From positions 1 to 35,299 of the forward strand of contig CAYGYF010000003.1 in assembly GCA_964354065.1 (NCBI GenBank): DNA of 35,299 nt, written 5' to 3'. The position numbers were made by a program, and so were the translations under genes. A model generated the notes under the pieces. The model had not been told where the DNA came from. It saw only the letters and a list, made by a program, of their open reading frames with translations, and did no database searches. The DNA comes from an uncultured Dehalococcoidia bacterium (lineage in GTDB: Bacteria > Chloroflexota > Dehalococcoidia > SM23-28-2). Below, in pieces: positions 26,523-35,299 of the stretch. Positions within the stretch are counted from its first letter, which is position 1, and every line of letters begins with the position of its first letter.

Positions 26523-28406
26523 TTGGTTACTACCGACCTGGACCGGGTCATTCGTCGGGTGAGCAAGCCTGCCCGCTACACCGGCGGCGAGTGGAACTGC
26601 GTGGTCAAGGATTGGGGCCGCACGCCGCTGCGGTTCGCCCTGGCCTACCCTGATGTCTATGACATCGGCATGTCCAATCTGGGTCTGGCGATCCTCTACG
26701 ACATCCTCAACGGCCAGGCCGACGTGCTCTGCGAGCGAGTCTACGCCCCCTGGACGGATATGGAACAGGCCATGCGCCAGGAGGGCCTGCCTCTGTTCAG
26801 TTTGGAGACCCGCCACCCCCTGGCGGAGTTCGATGTCATCGGCTTCTCCCTGGGCTACGAGCTGACCTACACCAACCTCCTCAACATGCTCGACCTAGCG
26901 GGCGTGCCGCTGCTGGCGGCGGAGCGCAAACAGGCGCTGCCCCTGGTCATCGCCGGCGGCAGCGGCGCCCTGAACCCCGAACCCCTGGCCGACTTCGTCG
27001 ATGCCTTCGCCCTGGGTGATGGCGAGGAACTAGTCCTGGACATCGTGGCCTGCCTGCGTCGCTTCAAAGATAAGGGCCGCCGCTCGAAGAGGGAGCTTCT
27101 ACGGGAGCTGGCCCGGATCGAGGGCATCTACGTGCCCCGCTTCTACGATGTAAGCTATCAGGCCGACGGCAGCATCGCCGAGATCAAGCCTATTGAGGCG
27201 GCTGCGCCTGCTCGACCGCGCAAGCGCTTCCTCCAGAAGCTGCCGCCGCCGCTCACTCGGCCCATCGTGCCGTTCGTGCAGACGGTGCACGACCGGGCGG
27301 GGATCGAGGTCCAGCGAGGCTGCACTCAGGGCTGCCGCTTCTGCCAGGCAGGGGTGATCTACCGCCCCCGCCTGGAGCGCCCGGTCGAGGAGGTGGTGGC
27401 CGCCGCCAGGGAGCTGCTGGCCAACACCGGCTATCGCGAGCTCTCCCTCCTCTCCCTGAGCACGACCGACCACTCGCAGATCGTGCCGATGGTACAGGCC
27501 CTGAAACGAGATCTCGGCGGCGGCATCGTTATCTCTCTGCCCAGCCTACGGGTGGACAGCTTCTCGGTGGAGATGGCCGAGGCGGCGGCGGGGCCGGGCA
27601 AGCACACCATCACCTTCGCCCCCGAGGCGGGCAGCCAGCGCCTGCGCCTGGCCATCAACAAGCTGGTAGGCGAGGAGGATGTCCTGCGAGCGACGGAGGC
27701 GGCCTTTTCGCGGGGCTGGACTGGCATCAAGCTGTACTTCATGGTGGGCCTGCCCACGGAGACGATGGAGGACGTGCAGGGCATCGTCGATCTGGCAGCC
27801 AAGGTCAAGGAGATAGGGCGTCGCTATCATCGGGGCCGGGCCAGGGTGCGGGTGAGCACCTCTACTTTCATCCCCAAGCCTCACACCCCGTTCCAGTGGG
27901 CGCGTCAGAACACCGCCGAGGAGCTGGCTCCCAAGCACGAGCTCCTGCGCACGGGATGCAAGCGGGCCGGCCTGGAGCTCTCCTGGGAGGACCCGGAGCA
28001 CAGTCTGTTGGAGGCGGTCGTCTCGCGGGGCGACCGCCGCTTGGGGCGGGCGATCCGGCGGGCCTGGGAGCTGGGCTGCCGGTTCGACGCCTGGCACGAG
28101 CAGATGGACTGGGGCCGCTGGCAGCAGGCCTTCCAAGAGTGCGGCCTCGATCCGGCCTTCTATGCCCAGCGGGAGCCCGGGCTGTTCGAGACCTTCCCCT
28201 CGTCACACATCGACGTCGGGGTCAGCAAAGCCTACCTGCGGGGGGAGTGGCAGAGGACGCTGAGAGGGGAGACCACCGCCGACTGCCACCAGGGGGACTG
28301 CCACGTGTGCGGCGTGGAGCGGCTAGGGGCCGAGGCCTGCGTGGAGAAGGTGAGCGAGCTGGCCGAGAAGAGGCGACGGCCAAGACAGCCCATCGCGACC
28401 CCCTGA
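26523..28406 (+). CDS. TIGR03960-type B12-binding-domain radical SAM protein
   Basis: VSKPARYTGGEWN, YPDVYDIGMSNLG, CERVYAPW, RGCTQGCRFCQAG (CxxxCxxC), TFAPEAGSQRLR, KLYFMVGLPTE, PKPHTPFQW. TTG start with AAGGAGG RBS. Confidence 0.9.
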   Translation: MVTTDLDRVIRRVSKPARYTGGEWNCVVKDWGRTPLRFALAYPDVYDIGMSNLGLAILYDILNGQADVLCERVYAPWTDMEQAMRQEGLPLFSLETRHPLAEFDVIGFSLGYELTYTNLLNMLDLAGVPLLAAERKQALPLVIAGGSGALNPEPLADFVDAFALGDGEELVLDIVACLRRFKDKGRRSKRELLRELARIEGIYVPRFYDVSYQADGSIAEIKPIEAAAPARPRKRFLQKLPPPLTRPIVPFVQTVHDRAGIEVQRGCTQGCRFCQAGVIYRPRLERPVEEVVAAARELLANTGYRELSLLSLSTTDHSQIVPMVQALKRDLGGGIVISLPSLRVDSFSVEMAEAAAGPGKHTITFAPEAGSQRLRLAINKLVGEEDVLRATEAAFSRGWTGIKLYFMVGLPTETMEDVQGIVDLAAKVKEIGRRYHRGRARVRVSTSTFIPKPHTPFQWARQNTAEELAPKHELLRTGCKRAGLELSWEDPEHSLLEAVVSRGDRRLGRAIRRAWELGCRFDAWHEQMDWGRWQQAFQECGLDPAFYAQREPGLFETFPSSHIDVGVSKAYLRGEWQRTLRGETTADCHQGDCHVCGVERLGAEACVEKVSELAEKRRRPRQPIATP

Positions 28407-28532
28407 AATGCCCTGCGCGAGGTGGTGAACAGGGGTGGCAGCCTGAGCGACATCAGGCTGGATTGGGCGATCCTGGCTGCCTGGGCGGCGGCTGGCTTCC
28501 TGGTCTCCCTGCGCGTCTTCCGCTGGCAGTAG
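28407..28532 (+). pseudogene. C-terminal remnant of an ABC-2-type transporter permease
   Basis: NALREVVNRGGSLSDIRLDWAILAAWAAAGFLVSLRVFRWQ*: last TM helix with FRW-x terminus typical of ABC-2 permeases; no preceding start or RBS. Confidence 0.65.
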
Positions 28533-28545
28533 GTTCGCCCTTGCC

Positions 28546-28575
28546 TTGACCGTCCGACGGGGAGGATGCTATCTT
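28546..28575 (+). promoter_or_regulatory. putative promoter for dsbA-VKOR
   Basis: TTGACC-18 nt-TATCTT with extended -10 TGn. Confidence 0.5.
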
Positions 28576-28606
28576 GCCCTGAGGACAGCCAAAGGGAGAC
28601 TTGTGT

Positions 28607-29392
28607 ATGTCGAGAGCGGCAAGAAGGCAGAGGGAGCGGGAAGGTTCCAGGAGGCATAGGGGGCGGGGAGGTCCCAAGAGGCGGAAGGAGCAGAGACGCC
28701 CACCGACGCTGTCCGGACGGCTTCGCGGTCTGGGGTGGCTGGTGGCGGTGGTCGTGGCCACGGCCGCCGTGGTCGGTCTTATTCTCCTGGGGGTCCTTAC
28801 TCGCGGCGGGGGCGAGGGCGACAATACCTCGCTGGTAGTGCCCACCCCAAGAGGCACAGAGACTCCCATCCAGGGGTCTATTCTGGGAAGCGCCAACGCT
28901 CCCCTGACCATCGTCATGTATTCGGACTTTCAGTGCCCCTACTGCAGCGTGCTTGCCAGAGAGATTCTGCCTCAACTGGAGAAGGACTATCTGGCTACGG
29001 GCAAGGCCAAGCTGGTGTTCAAGTACGTGCGCTTTCTGGGGGACGAATCGCAGTGGGCGGCGGAGGCGGCCGACTGTGCCGGCGAACAGGGGAAGTTCTG
29101 GGACTATCACGACATGCTCTTCGCCAACCAGAGGGGCGAGAACGAGGGAGCTTTCAGCAAGGACAATCTCAAGCGGTTTGCGGCGGCGTTGGGTCTGGAC
29201 ACCACCGCTTTTAACGCTTGCCTGGATGAGGACCGCTACACCGGCAAGGTGGCGGAGAACAACAACGAGGCTCGTACCCGCGGGGTCGATAGCACCCCCA
29301 CCGTCTTCGTGGGGCAAACCTCGATCGTGGGCCGCACGTCCTACGAAACGTACAAGACGGCCATCGAGGACGAGTTGGCGGGGGCAAGGTGA
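28607..29392 (+). CDS. membrane-anchored DsbA/BdbD-like thiol-disulfide oxidoreductase
   Basis: Basic N-terminus and one TM helix, then GSANAPLTIVMYSDFQCPYC, GKFWDYHD.LF, GVDSTPT (cis-Pro loop). Confidence 0.9.
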   Translation: MSRAARRQREREGSRRHRGRGGPKRRKEQRRPPTLSGRLRGLGWLVAVVVATAAVVGLILLGVLTRGGGEGDNTSLVVPTPRGTETPIQGSILGSANAPLTIVMYSDFQCPYCSVLAREILPQLEKDYLATGKAKLVFKYVRFLGDESQWAAEAADCAGEQGKFWDYHDMLFANQRGENEGAFSKDNLKRFAAALGLDTTAFNACLDEDRYTGKVAENNNEARTRGVDSTPTVFVGQTSIVGRTSYETYKTAIEDELAGAR

Positions 29393-29865
29393 GACGGGCC
29401 AAAGCGCAGGTTGTGGCTGGGCCCGGGGGTCTGAGCACCGGCGGGCGGCTGAGGTGGGGTGGGCTGTCCGTCCTGGCCGTGGCCGGCATGGGGGTGGCAG
29501 CCTACCTGACCTACACGCACTGGGCCGACAAGCCGGTGGCCTGTGGCCCGGTGGGCGACTGCAACCTGGTGCAGACCAGCGAGTACTCGGCGATAGCGGG
29601 AGTGCCGGTGGCCCTGCTAGGGTTCTTGCTCTGCGCCGCCCTTCTGGGGGTGGCCTTGTGGCGGGTGGCCCTCGATCGGTCGGGGATGGCCGAGGAGTGG
29701 GCGCCGCTGGCGGTGTTCGGTATGACTCTGATGGGAGTGGCCTATGCCGCCTACCTCACCTATGTGGAGCTATTCGTTCTGGAGGCCATCTGCATCTACT
29801 GCGTGACCCTGGCCTCGATCATAACCGCCAGTTTGCTCATCAGTCTGGCCGAGCTCTTCGCCTGA
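29389..29865 (+). CDS. vitamin K epoxide reductase (VKOR) family protein
   Basis: AYLTYTH...C....C..V.TS.YS.I.GVPVALLG and YLTYVELFVL.AICIYC (CxxC). GTGA overlap with dsbA. Confidence 0.92.
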   Translation: MRRAKAQVVAGPGGLSTGGRLRWGGLSVLAVAGMGVAAYLTYTHWADKPVACGPVGDCNLVQTSEYSAIAGVPVALLGFLLCAALLGVALWRVALDRSGMAEEWAPLAVFGMTLMGVAYAAYLTYVELFVLEAICIYCVTLASIITASLLISLAELFA

Positions 29866-29871
29866 GTGTGA

Positions 29872-29899
29872 GTACGGGCGCAGCATGCTGCGCCCCTAC
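29872..29899. repeat. REP-like palindrome between convergent VKOR and rpoC (possible bidirectional terminator)
   Basis: GTACGGGCGCAGCATGCTGCGCCCCTAC: 20-bp perfect palindrome core; the minus strand begins GTAG. Confidence 0.7.
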
Positions 29900-29916
29900 G
29901 GTTGGAGGGCGGCTAG

Positions 29917-35299
<5,383 letters not shown>

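Noticed and set aside
24197-28406. RiPP cluster made of the Thr-rich peptide plus the radical SAM enzyme
   Set aside because: The radical SAM is the widespread TIGR03960 type with no evident RRE/SPASM domain, is on the opposite strand and is separated by USP and dedA. No LanB/LanM/YcaO is present.
28404-28406. Selenocysteine recoding of the radical SAM UGA
   Set aside because: The position follows a low-complexity tail rather than a conserved Cys site, no convincing SECIS hairpin is seen, and the downstream peptide looks like an unrelated permease.
28607-29865. DsbA-VKOR pair as a novel system
   Set aside because: Well-established disulfide-formation module in bacteria lacking DsbB.

Overview
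GC-rich bacterial chromosome segment, probably Chloroflexota (Dehalococcoidia-like, inferred from the lineage-type inserts in RpoB/RpoC). Bases 1-19.4 kb hold two convergent glycan operons. The + operon has gmd, a GDP-fucose/colitose synthase, a ColD-type His-for-Lys 3-dehydratase, three GT4s, a tandem pair of GT2s and a GT-C-like polytopic membrane protein. The - operon has a flippase, two GT2s, an SDR, two Gfo/Idh/MocA paralogs, an epimerase, a UDP-glucose-dehydrogenase homolog lacking the catalytic Cys, and an Rmd/Gmd-like enzyme. Bases 19.8-25.5 kb hold an archaeal-looking envelope module: a geranylgeranyl reductase, a divergent pair of DUF1616-like-2xLysM and CPBP(Abi/CAAX) protease-2xLysM genes, a 79-aa two-helix membrane protein with a Thr/Ser-rich N-terminus (own near-consensus promoter, strong RBS and terminator), and a DedA/VTT gene behind a c-di-AMP (ydaO/yuaA) riboswitch. 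The rest is a tandem USP, a TIGR03960-type radical SAM gene followed in frame by an ABC-permease C-terminal remnant, dsbA-VKOR, rpoC and the 3' part of rpoB. The best candidate for an undescribed system is a surface glycoprotein/anchor pathway centred on the 79-aa protein. All family calls are from motif recognition by eye, not database searches.
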